Below are positions 25,616-34,344 of a stretch of DNA of 40,711 nucleotides, in pieces (the first letter of the stretch is position 1; the number at the start of each line of letters is the position of its first letter). The notes beneath the pieces were generated by a model. It had not been told where the DNA came from. It saw nothing but the letters and a program-made list of their open reading frames with translations, and made no database searches. The stretch is from an uncultured Bacteroidales bacterium (GTDB lineage Bacteria > Bacteroidota > Bacteroidia > Bacteroidales > UBA10428), in NCBI GenBank assembly GCA_964633305.1, contig CAZWGG010000002.1:1-40711 (forward strand), given 5' to 3'. A program made the translations under genes and the position numbers.

Positions 25616-26008
25616 TTACTTCCTCAAAGTTTCTTTTGCGGAATCCATCTTTTTTTTAATGTCAGCCAAATTCACATATTCACCAATTACTTTTGGAATA
25701 CCTGCAGTAAATACATCTTTTAAAGCTACAATATAATTATCAATTTCTAAATCTTCAACCTGTTCTTGACTTAGATTTAAATAAGATCTTAAAAGAATAT
25801 CAATATTATCTTCGGCTTTATGCATATTCTGCATAATAAAGGCGAAAATATCACCCATAACAATTAATATTTTTTCTTTCTTATCCGCTTTACTTTTTAA
25901 GAGTTTTTCAATTCTATTGTTTAGCAGATATTCAGCATATAATTTAAAATTAACGTCCTCTAATATCCTACTAACAGTCATTACTTCTCTTTTTCTCAAC
26001 TTTCTCAT
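25616..26008 (-). CDS. tail assembly chaperone G (130 aa)
   Basis: Lies immediately after the tail-tube genes and ends with the slippery site. Confidence 0.7.
   Translation of the reverse strand: MRKLRKREVMTVSRILEDVNFKLYAEYLLNNRIEKLLKSKADKKEKILIVMGDIFAFIMQNMHKAEDNIDILLRSYLNLSQEQVEDLEIDNYIVALKDVFTAGIPKVIGEYVNLADIKKKMDSAKETLRK
25649..25655 (-). promoter_or_regulatory. -1 programmed frameshift slippery heptamer A-AAA-AAG
   Basis: Minus strand reads GAC ATT AAA AAA AAG ATG..., 12 codons before the G stop codon. Confidence 0.7.
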
Positions 26009-26036
26009 TTCTCACACACTCCTTTTAAAATAATTA

Positions 26037-26597
26037 TTAAGCTACTTCATCCTGTATAACTATAGGTGGTGTTGTTGGTGCTGCTGCTGTATAAAATCCA
26101 GTATAAGTCATTTCTGAAATGATTTCGTCTTTTTCCTTAAATTCTAAAGAAATATTATCTATATTTAAAGCATTTTCAACTTTAATTATGCAATAAGATC
26201 CATCATGTTTTTGTCCTACAAAAGTGATATTTGTTAAAACATCAGCTGCAACTATATCTAAATCAAAAGCAATTTTTTTATATGTTCCATCTGCATCCGT
26301 TCCATCACTTACAGTAATTGGTACACCATAAGCCAAATTTACATAATTTAATTTTAGAAAATTTACTACTAATTTAGCAACAAACCTATCATATCTTCTA
26401 AGCCCTTTAGTTGGACCCATAGCACCATCATAAGCTATTTCTTTTATTACTCTTTCAATTTCTAATTTTGAACCGCCTCTTGTTGCTCCAATTACAGCTT
26501 CACCAGATTCACCATAATTTTTATATAAAACGCCCTCACCTAAAAGTATATCATTGGCTTTTTCTGGTACAGCTGGATCAAATGTATTAGTCGCCAT
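26037..26597 (-). CDS. major tail (tube) protein, short paralog (186 aa)
   Basis: Strong RBS AAGGAGGTG. Sits between the tail-completion and chaperone genes. Paralogous to residues 324-691 of the upstream ORF. Confidence 0.65.
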   Translation of the reverse strand: MATNTFDPAVPEKANDILLGEGVLYKNYGESGEAVIGATRGGSKLEIERVIKEIAYDGAMGPTKGLRRYDRFVAKLVVNFLKLNYVNLAYGVPITVSDGTDADGTYKKIAFDLDIVAADVLTNITFVGQKHDGSYCIIKVENALNIDNISLEFKEKDEIISEMTYTGFYTAAAPTTPPIVIQDEVA

Positions 26598-26623
26598 GGT
26601 TTACACCTCCTTTTTAACAATTT

Positions 26624-28699
26624 TTATGCTACATACTCATATAATTCAATAGGACAAGTTAAACCAGCACCATATTTATAATGGCCTGTGAATTGAGTTT
26701 CATTAACAACCTCATTCTTTTCCTCTAATCCTAAAGAAATATTTCCATCATTCAAACAATTTTTTAATACAATTTTTACTTTCTTGCCATCTATTCTTTG
26801 ACCAACTAGAGTAAAATTCTCTAAATAATCATTTAATGTGATTTCAAGATCTGCAGTAAACTCTCTATAAGTTGTTTCATCAGTATATGTAAAACCATGT
26901 CCATTCATAGGAACAATTGAACTATTTGTCTGATTCTGAATTAAATCAATAGAATCAATATAACAAACAACTTCCGCATCTGGTGCTGCTCCTTCAATTG
27001 TTAATGCAACGCCCTTTACAGCTGACCAATCGGAAGATGCTGAATCTGTGAACGCACTTTTTTTAACTTTAAAATTATTCCATTGATTAGCTGTAAAATC
27101 AGTATAAGCTTTATTGATATGAAAGAAATTAGTTTCTGTCTCTTCCGCATCACAATGAAAAGCCAATCTAATAACAGCGGTTTCACCTAAATCTGTTAAA
27201 TCTTGTGCAGCTAAATAAATACTAAATCCGATATAATCATCATCATCACTTACCTCATCATTATCAAAGGCAGTTAAATCCACATCAGAAGCAAAAACTT
27301 CATGGATACCGTAACCCTCAGTAGTTCCAATTGTTGCCTTTGCTGACTGGTCACCCTCTAATACAATAGTTGTCTCTGCTGCATAAGTTCCTCCATTATT
27401 TGCCCAATCGCCACTTTCCCAAGTTCCATCACTTTCACATGTTGAAATTCTTTTTCTATTAAAGTATTTTAGATATAAATTGTTAATAGTGCATCTTCCA
27501 ATCAATTTTTCATATCGAACCAAAGGTATTCCATCAGTATCTAATGTTGGACCCATAGCACCATCAAAACCTATTTCTTTTATTACTCTTTCGATATCAA
27601 TTTTACAGCCATCCCTTGTTGCTCCCAATAATACCTGGGTATTTAATCCATAGTTTGCATAGGCTTTAAATTCACCCATTATAATATCATTTGCAACCGG
27701 TACGGTAGTTTCAACTAAACCAACAGCCATGTTATTCCCTCCTATCAATTTATTATGCATCACACTTAATAACTCGAAATTATAATCAATTTCATATCTC
27801 CAATACATGATGCCTGATAACGCATTATTTTTAATATAATTACATTTATTTGTTATACTTTCAACATCTTCATAATATATATTATATTCCCCATCTTTTG
27901 TTAAGTATGGATTATAAGCAGTGTTATCAAAATTCCTAACCCATCCATTTTTGTTTATATAATCAGCTTTTAATTCGTTATATCCTTTATCGTTTAATGT
28001 CCAACTTCCACCAATATCATACTGTTTACCATAGGCAGGAACGCCTAAAATAAGTTTATTTGATGGAATTCCTTTAGTGGTATTAAATCTAGTGATAACA
28101 TCATGACAACTATTATCATTTTCAAATATTTCTGAATTATATAAATTGCTATGATGTACTGTTATACTAAAATCATAACACATTATGTTTATATGATCTA
28201 AATATTCACTTATGGCAAGACAATCAACATCTTCTGTATATTGCCAATAATTTGAGGCTGCAATGCTTAACTCATAAGCAGGTGAAGCCATAGCTGCCCT
28301 CATTTCTTGCATTAATAAAACAAAATTTACACCATCTTCTGGTCTACTTGTTACGCCTTCAACTTCCCTAACTGGATATTCCCAATCAATATCAACACCA
28401 TCACATCCGTAAGTATCAACTAATGATTTTATACTATTTATAAATGTAGCCCTTGAACCACTAGTTAAACATGCATCTGAAAAACCATCACAACCCCATC
28501 CGCCTACTCCTAAAATTACTTTTTTTGTAGGGTCTTGTGTTTTTACTGTTGTTACTAAACTAGTTAAATTTGTTCCACCATCTAGTAAATAAGCCTCCCC
28601 TAACTCGTTAATTTCTGCAAAGGAATATATTAAATGTGTTAATTTATCCACTTCATAACTACTAGGGAAATTATTTCTAATATAAGCTATAATATTCAT
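26624..28699 (-). CDS. GH18 glycoside hydrolase domain fused in frame to a tail-tube paralog that carries a roughly 190-aa inserted domain (691 aa)
   Basis: GH18 hallmarks: LTHLIYSFA, KVILGVGGWG, CDGVDIDWEYP (about 28373-28402), IMCYDFS, LGVPAYGKQY, GIMYWRYEID. From M324 onward: GATRDGCKIDIERVIKEIGFDGAMGPT, then NFTLVGQ and NISLGL, which parallel the 186-aa protein. Confidence 0.85.
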   Translation of the reverse strand: MNIIAYIRNNFPSSYEVDKLTHLIYSFAEINELGEAYLLDGGTNLTSLVTTVKTQDPTKKVILGVGGWGCDGFSDACLTSGSRATFINSIKSLVDTYGCDGVDIDWEYPVREVEGVTSRPEDGVNFVLLMQEMRAAMASPAYELSIAASNYWQYTEDVDCLAISEYLDHINIMCYDFSITVHHSNLYNSEIFENDNSCHDVITRFNTTKGIPSNKLILGVPAYGKQYDIGGSWTLNDKGYNELKADYINKNGWVRNFDNTAYNPYLTKDGEYNIYYEDVESITNKCNYIKNNALSGIMYWRYEIDYNFELLSVMHNKLIGGNNMAVGLVETTVPVANDIIMGEFKAYANYGLNTQVLLGATRDGCKIDIERVIKEIGFDGAMGPTLDTDGIPLVRYEKLIGRCTINNLYLKYFNRKRISTCESDGTWESGDWANNGGTYAAETTIVLEGDQSAKATIGTTEGYGIHEVFASDVDLTAFDNDEVSDDDDYIGFSIYLAAQDLTDLGETAVIRLAFHCDAEETETNFFHINKAYTDFTANQWNNFKVKKSAFTDSASSDWSAVKGVALTIEGAAPDAEVVCYIDSIDLIQNQTNSSIVPMNGHGFTYTDETTYREFTADLEITLNDYLENFTLVGQRIDGKKVKIVLKNCLNDGNISLGLEEKNEVVNETQFTGHYKYGAGLTCPIELYEYVA
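27728..27742 (-). promoter_or_regulatory. internal RBS (GGAGGG) plus in-frame ATG inside the GH18-tube ORF
   Basis: Minus strand reads ataGGAGGGaataacATGgct. ATG 27730 is codon 324, exactly at the GH18/tube boundary. Confidence 0.5.
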
Positions 28700-28711
28700 A
28701 AGTCAACACCT

Positions 28712-29116
28712 TTAATCTATTTTAAAAACATATCTCTGCTGTATTCTTGATATATCAGTTTCTGTATCTGGTATTTCGCCCTCAAATTCCCACCAACAAC
28801 TATAAAAACCCTCTGTTTCGTCTTGTGTTGAAAAGTCAAGCCCTACAACAGATAATATATCATCAACATACTTACCATTTTTTACTATATCAGCACCATC
28901 TAAAATATTAGAATCATCTGCTGAATTATCCCAAAAATCTATTTCCATTCGTCTATGCACTTGTTTTCTTGCTGGGTTAGAAGCATTTGGAAATTTAAAA
29001 ACTAAATAAGGGAATGTCGCATTAGTTCCAGCTTTTCCATCATATACTTCCATAAAGTCACCAACTAAATTATCTAGTCTAACTTTTACCCTAGTCTTTA
29101 ATTGTTTCAAAGTCAT
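28712..29116 (-). CDS. tail-completion / tail-terminator-like protein (134 aa)
   Basis: Lies between the gp10-like and tube genes. ATFPYLVFKF resembles DUF3168-type proteins. Confidence 0.45.
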   Translation of the reverse strand: MTLKQLKTRVKVRLDNLVGDFMEVYDGKAGTNATFPYLVFKFPNASNPARKQVHRRMEIDFWDNSADDSNILDGADIVKNGKYVDDILSVVGLDFSTQDETEGFYSCWWEFEGEIPDTETDISRIQQRYVFKID

Positions 29117-29131
29117 ACTAACACCCCCTAA

Positions 29132-29452
29132 TTACATTCCTTTTCCCATATGCATAGCTGCTATTTCTTTGTATTGTGCTGTATAATTCATTGCTGCTGG
29201 TGTCATAAATGGATGCGCCTTCATTTTATACGTTCCAAACTCCTGGAAAATTGCATATAAACAATCATTCATTAAAAACAATTCATTTCTATTGATAATA
29301 TATTTACATCTTGATAATAAATAACCAGTATCAACAGCAACATGTTTTTCCATCATTTTAACACCAAATTTACCCATTGCCTCAAGTGCTTCAAGTTCAT
29401 TTTCTTTTAATTGCTTTTTAAATTTTCCGGATCTGTTAACTATTTTTAACAA
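29132..29452 (-). CDS. HK97 gp10-family head-tail joining protein
   Basis: IFQEFGTYKMKAHPFMTPAA matches the gp10-family (PF04883) signature. TTG start after AAAGGTGGTG. Confidence 0.7.
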   Translation of the reverse strand: MLKIVNRSGKFKKQLKENELEALEAMGKFGVKMMEKHVAVDTGYLLSRCKYIINRNELFLMNDCLYAIFQEFGTYKMKAHPFMTPAAMNYTAQYKEIAAMHMGKGM

Positions 29453-29470
29453 AGTAACACCACCTTTACT

Positions 29471-30523
29471 TTACATTACACTTTTATATAATTCATTCAT
29501 TTTTTCAGAAAAATATTTTATATTAAATACTTTAGATCTCTCTATTATTTTATTAGCATCTATTTTCATACTATAAAAATCATTCTTAAATAAAGTAAAT
29601 GCTTCAACTACATCAGCTGTATCTGGTATATTACAGAAATAATCACCTAAACCATTTCCACCAATTTCTTGGATTACTGGTTTCCCACATGATAAAGACT
29701 CTGCAACTACTCTATTATTAATTCTATTTGGACTAAATACACAATCTACTGCCCTGTAAACCTGTTCCATATTTGTAAATCTACCCTTTACGTCACCAAG
29801 ACCGCCAACACGTTTTAATTCTGCTAATACATTTTGCCAACATTTAATTTTATCATGTTCAAAACCGTAAAAATGAAATTTAAACTCATTAGGGTATTTT
29901 TTGGCAACTTCTATACAACCTATTACCATTTCAAATAAATCTATGTCTGCTCTTACTGAATCACATATTAAAATATTATATTTACCTGAATTTTCTAATG
30001 TGTGTTTTTTACCTTCATTATTAAATCTTTGTTCATCAATAACTGGATAATCAAAACATACATGTTTTTCACTAGGAAATACAGGACTCCAAAAAGGTAT
30101 ATATTCAGGCCAAAAATGCAACATTTTTTTAACTCTTTTCCATTTTGAAAGATCACCATATAAACTATAACTAGACCTTTTACCGTCCTGTTCTGGTCTA
30201 AAGCAATCTAATGGTTTACCATGAACTACCCATATTATTGGAGCCTGATTTTTTACTAGTTTTAAATCTTCAATTCCTGTATGCATTACTATAATATCAG
30301 CATCATCAATTAAATCTGGATGTGCTGTGGTTAATTTAAAACCTGACCTATCATCAACCGCACCAATTTGACTTGGTTCTCTTGTCCCGTCTATTTTGGA
30401 TACACCTGAATCAATAAAGTATACAGTATGCCCAGATAATACATCTGCCTTTGCCATATCTCTACTAGCTTCATACAATCCACATCGATTAGGACCAAAC
30501 ATTGATATATGCGCTATTTTCAT
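29471..30523 (-). CDS. GT-B-fold glycosyltransferase (GT4-like) inside the structural module
   Basis: MKIAHISMFGPN..., and C-terminal NRVVAESLSCGKPVI (E-x7-like motif). ATG 30523 lies 8 nt after GAGAGGGG, so the TTG at 30541 in the ORF track was rejected. Confidence 0.7.
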   Translation of the reverse strand: MKIAHISMFGPNRCGLYEASRDMAKADVLSGHTVYFIDSGVSKIDGTREPSQIGAVDDRSGFKLTTAHPDLIDDADIIVMHTGIEDLKLVKNQAPIIWVVHGKPLDCFRPEQDGKRSSYSLYGDLSKWKRVKKMLHFWPEYIPFWSPVFPSEKHVCFDYPVIDEQRFNNEGKKHTLENSGKYNILICDSVRADIDLFEMVIGCIEVAKKYPNEFKFHFYGFEHDKIKCWQNVLAELKRVGGLGDVKGRFTNMEQVYRAVDCVFSPNRINNRVVAESLSCGKPVIQEIGGNGLGDYFCNIPDTADVVEAFTLFKNDFYSMKIDANKIIERSKVFNIKYFSEKMNELYKSVM

Positions 30524-30554
30524 TTTTTTAACCCCTCTCAAATATTTATATATT

Positions 30555-31847
30555 TTATTCTAAAGTTCCTTCTATTCTTGCACCATTAACCCAACAAAAA
30601 TAACCACTTGATACTTGTCCTGCTCCTGCTGCACTTAATGCTTCGGTAGTATCAACAATATTTGCTGCTCCTGATACTCCTAGTATTGTTGCACCTGATG
30701 CTATTTTACTAGTTACTAAGTTTTCTTCTGTGTATTGAACTAAATCATCAACACCGTCATAATAACCAACAGGTGGTATAATACCGATGGTAGTTGTTCC
30801 TGTCGCACTTATAGCTTGACTTGTTGCTGCTGGCACTGAATTATTTGGCATAGTACCAGTTAATTTTGAAGTATATGTTGAATTATAAAATGTTTTATCA
30901 AGTAATACATTTGCAACTGCTGCATCTCCATCTATACCTAAAGCAGTACTTATTGCTGTTGAAACTTCTGTTATTTTAGAATCAGTTACTACATGTGCGC
31001 TAACAACCTTTGAATCTGTTACTACTAATTTAGAATCTGCAGCTGCTACTGCTGTTGATACAACAACAACCTTTGAATCAACAACACCTAAATCAACAGC
31101 AACACTGTCAACTTTAGAATCTGTAACAACATGAGCAGAATCAATTTTACTGTCTGCTGTTGATAAATCTACTGCTACTGAATCAACTTTACTATCAGTT
31201 ACTACATGTGCGGAATCAATCTTTGAATCTGCTGTTGATACGTCGACAGCTAAAGAATCAACCTTACTATCTGTAACTACATGAGCTGATACGATTTTTG
31301 AATCACTAACAACATGAGCTGATATTACCTTACTATCTGTAACTACATGAGCTGAATCAACTTTACTATCAGCTGTTCCAACTAATACTGCTGCTGAATC
31401 TACTTTACTATCAAGTATAATAGCTCTTGAGTTAACAACACTTACTGCTGTTGAAACAACAACAACTTTACTATCAGCTACGCCCAAACCTGTAGCAACA
31501 CTATCAATTTTTGAATCTGATACAACATGAGCTGATACAACTTTTGAACCAACTACTGAATTGGCTGTTGATAATACTACAACTTTACTATCGGCTGTTG
31601 AAACCTGAGTTCCAACACTGTCTACTGCTAGATCAACACCTTCAATTGTTGATGCTGCGCTCTCAACTACACTTGCGCTTGACTCAATTGCTGCTTGTGC
31701 TGCTGACTGTGTACCAATTGCTGTTGACAAATCACTAATATTACTTGTTAAAGTACTATTAGCAACAACCACAGCCGATGCGACTGAATCTATACCAGAT
31801 AAACCAGCTGCTATACTATCTAACTTTCCTTTTAAAGTATGTGCCAT
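30555..31847 (-). CDS. repeat-rich fibrous virion protein (430 aa, about twenty 11-residue DSKxxSAHVVT-type repeats)
   Basis: Repeats read directly from the translation. The non-repeat C-terminal domain contains LLDKTFY...LTGTMPNN. Confidence 0.75.
   Translation of the reverse strand: MAHTLKGKLDSIAAGLSGIDSVASAVVVANSTLTSNISDLSTAIGTQSAAQAAIESSASVVESAASTIEGVDLAVDSVGTQVSTADSKVVVLSTANSVVGSKVVSAHVVSDSKIDSVATGLGVADSKVVVVSTAVSVVNSRAIILDSKVDSAAVLVGTADSKVDSAHVVTDSKVISAHVVSDSKIVSAHVVTDSKVDSLAVDVSTADSKIDSAHVVTDSKVDSVAVDLSTADSKIDSAHVVTDSKVDSVAVDLGVVDSKVVVVSTAVAAADSKLVVTDSKVVSAHVVTDSKITEVSTAISTALGIDGDAAVANVLLDKTFYNSTYTSKLTGTMPNNSVPAATSQAISATGTTTIGIIPPVGYYDGVDDLVQYTEENLVTSKIASGATILGVSGAANIVDTTEALSAAGAGQVSSGYFCWVNGARIEGTLE
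30975..31580 (-). repeat. imperfect 33-bp coding tandem repeats (approximate bounds)
   Basis: Recurrent ...actacatgagctga... and ...tttactatc... units, corresponding to the DSK(V/I)xSAHVV(T/S) periodicity. Confidence 0.8.
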
Positions 31848-31887
31848 TTTCTTTATTCCTCCTTAAGTTATGTTATAACTATTTTCG

Positions 31888-32037
31888 TCAATTACTATAT
31901 TGTCTAATTTTAAATTTACATTTTTCTATTTCACCAGGTAATATTGCAACCAATAAACGACGTTTCCACTTTCTTAAAAGTGTTTCCGTTTCTTTATTAT
32001 CCCAAATCATATTTTCTAATTCTTGTTTTGTCCTCAT
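31888..32037 (-). CDS. possible 49-aa ORF
   Basis: TAGGTGA, then 5 nt, then ATG 32037. Translation MRTKQELENMIWDNKETETLLRKWKRRLLVAILPGEIEKCKFKIRQYSN. Confidence 0.35.
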   Translation of the reverse strand: MRTKQELENMIWDNKETETLLRKWKRRLLVAILPGEIEKCKFKIRQYSN

Positions 32038-32047
32038 AAATAATCAC

Positions 32048-32629
32048 CTATACTTTTATTACAAAATGCTTACAGCGTACATGGAATAAACCAGCCGCTT
32101 TTGCTTCTTCTAATTCTTCCAAAGTCAAAATTTCATTTTCCCATGGTATACATAAAGGGCATGGGTTTGATGATTCTGTTACTTGAACTTTTTCACCTGG
32201 TCCAACAGTCTCTAAAACTGATAACCTCACAAGTTCATTATTAAAATGTGTTGTATACATATTAGAATGAGTTTCTATACTCCATACAGCTCCATTTTTA
32301 GCAACAAACCCACTAATACCTTTATCAGCATAATCTGATAATAATTTCTGCTTTAACATTGGGTCATTAGTTGATTTTATTTGTTTCAAAACCATGTTAT
32401 AATCTAAAGACGCAACTTTTGCCATATTATTCATAGCATTCATGTACTCTTTAATTTTCTTTTTTGCTTCTGGTGAATTTGTTATTTTTTCATAATGACT
32501 TTCAACAACTTTTAAAAGGGAATGATTAGTTAACATTTTTCTAAACTGAAATGTTTTTTCAGCTTTTAAATTTGTTAAAGCCATGTTTGTTACTTTTTCG
32601 TAATAACTTATTAAATTATCTTGTAACAT
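32048..32629 (-). CDS. Mu F / SPP1 gp7-like minor head protein (C-terminal-type domain)
   Basis: C-terminal NPCPLCIPW...GLFHVRCKH resembles the HxxCxC end of Phage_Mu_F proteins. Confidence 0.45.
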   Translation of the reverse strand: MLQDNLISYYEKVTNMALTNLKAEKTFQFRKMLTNHSLLKVVESHYEKITNSPEAKKKIKEYMNAMNNMAKVASLDYNMVLKQIKSTNDPMLKQKLLSDYADKGISGFVAKNGAVWSIETHSNMYTTHFNNELVRLSVLETVGPGEKVQVTESSNPCPLCIPWENEILTLEELEEAKAAGLFHVRCKHFVIKV

Positions 32630-32692
32630 TTCATTCCCTTCTTTCGGTTATAATTTTAATTAAGCTTTAAAACGGTGTGTAAATTCAATTTA

Positions 32693-33577
32693 TCACGCTG
32701 CTCTTTTGTTGATATAAACACCTGCAACTTTATTTTCAAATACATTACAACCATGATAATTCCTAGCAGTCATTAAGAAACCATCAGAATCTAAATTTTG
32801 TTCTGGTGTAAATATTCTAAGTACTGACCTTTTTATAATAGCCATTATTGCAGGAATATGACAAATCATAAAGTTTATAGCTGTTCCTGTAGTACTATTT
32901 GAACCACTTCCAAATGTTGCTGCTGTATTAAATCTACTTGAAGGCACTCTTACTAAAAAATGACCGTCTAACGACTCAATTTCTCTATTCAAAGTTTTTG
33001 ACATTTCAGTAGCTATTCTAGTTTTGAAAAACTCACCAGAATTTTTTAACATTCTATATGAATTTTCAGAAATAAATATAACTCTGTTTGCTTTTGGTAC
33101 TTCTGCATCATCTAATAATTCAATACCTGCGTCAATATCATCAACAACACTATCAGCTGTTGGTGTACCCTCAACAATATTTGTTCCAGTAACAGCGGAT
33201 GCATAAATAGTCGCATAAATAGCAGTAAATCTATATAAGTCTAGTTCAGGGAAAAACTTTTCTCTAAGATATGTATCCATTATTTTAGCTGCTGTAACTC
33301 TTGCTTCATCAGCATCTACAGCATCCAATGGTATTTTTACACCTCTATCCATTTCTAAAGTATAAGCATCCCATTCATTAGAAACTGTTCCAGCTGAATA
33401 ACCACTTGCTTTTGAATAATCATAGTTACCCGATACTGTAAGTTTATTAACTAATACCTGGTTAGCTCCTTTAAATTCATAAACTGCTGGATTTGTTTCT
33501 AAAAATCTTGTAACTGATTCTCTTTTATATACTTCATCAAAATAAGTTAAATATTGACTAGCATAATTCATTGACAT
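32693..33577 (-). CDS. major capsid protein (294 aa)
   Basis: Follows the scaffold gene directly. Strong RBS AAGGAGTGG. Size is typical. Fold not verified. Confidence 0.65.
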   Translation of the reverse strand: MSMNYASQYLTYFDEVYKRESVTRFLETNPAVYEFKGANQVLVNKLTVSGNYDYSKASGYSAGTVSNEWDAYTLEMDRGVKIPLDAVDADEARVTAAKIMDTYLREKFFPELDLYRFTAIYATIYASAVTGTNIVEGTPTADSVVDDIDAGIELLDDAEVPKANRVIFISENSYRMLKNSGEFFKTRIATEMSKTLNREIESLDGHFLVRVPSSRFNTAATFGSGSNSTTGTAINFMICHIPAIMAIIKRSVLRIFTPEQNLDSDGFLMTARNYHGCNVFENKVAGVYINKRAA

Positions 33578-33596
33578 GTGTTACCACTCCTTTTTA

Positions 33597-34208
33597 TTAT
33601 AGTTGACTTCCATTTAGTAAACTAGTAAATATATTACCAGTACTATCTGAACCACCATCAGAACCACCTGTATTTGTATTAGTATTTTTTGGTGGTTTTC
33701 CATTTGTTTCTTTTTCAATAAATAATTCTTTATATTCTGTTTTTAAATCTTTTACTATATCATTAACACCAATTAATTTATCACCATCTACAGTAATTTT
33801 GTCTAAATCTATAGACCCCATTAATAATTTAGTGTGTTTTGCTCCTTGAGTAAGAAGGTGTTCTTTGACCATACTTGTTTTTCTAATATTTGATATTTCT
33901 TTGTCTTTAGCAGCTAAATCATCTGAATGTTTGGTATTTAAAGACTCATACTTAGTCAATAATTCCTGCACGTTTTCAGCATTAGCACCCTTTAATAACT
34001 TTTGAATATCATTATTAGTAGCTTCGTATGTTCCAACCTTTCCTTTAGTTGTTTTCAATTCATCATTTACTTCATCAAACCTATTTTTTGTTACAAAATT
34101 ATTTGCTATGATATCAATATCTTTAACTTTTACATTCTGAGCTTTTGCAGCTTCTTCAATCTTTCCATATAATTCATCACCAACAAGTTTTTTTAATCTT
34201 TCTGACAT
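33597..34208 (-). CDS. scaffolding protein (GP20-like)
   Basis: MSERLKKLVGDELYGKIEEA... is helical and charged. Lies between the portal and capsid genes. Confidence 0.6.
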   Translation of the reverse strand: MSERLKKLVGDELYGKIEEAAKAQNVKVKDIDIIANNFVTKNRFDEVNDELKTTKGKVGTYEATNNDIQKLLKGANAENVQELLTKYESLNTKHSDDLAAKDKEISNIRKTSMVKEHLLTQGAKHTKLLMGSIDLDKITVDGDKLIGVNDIVKDLKTEYKELFIEKETNGKPPKNTNTNTGGSDGGSDSTGNIFTSLLNGSQL

Positions 34209-34311
34209 GTTACTTCCTCCTATTTTACGTCCTAAGACGATTAATTTATTTTACGTCGGCCTAAATCCGACGACTTTATAACTTAAATATCTTATAAATA
34301 AATTGTAACAT

Positions 34312-34344
34312 AAAAAAAAGAGCGTGTATATGAAACCACACGCT
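34312..34344 (-). terminator. rho-independent terminator at the portal stop codon
   Basis: Minus strand reads agcgtgt-ggtttcatat-acacgct-c-TTTTTTTT. Confidence 0.75.
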
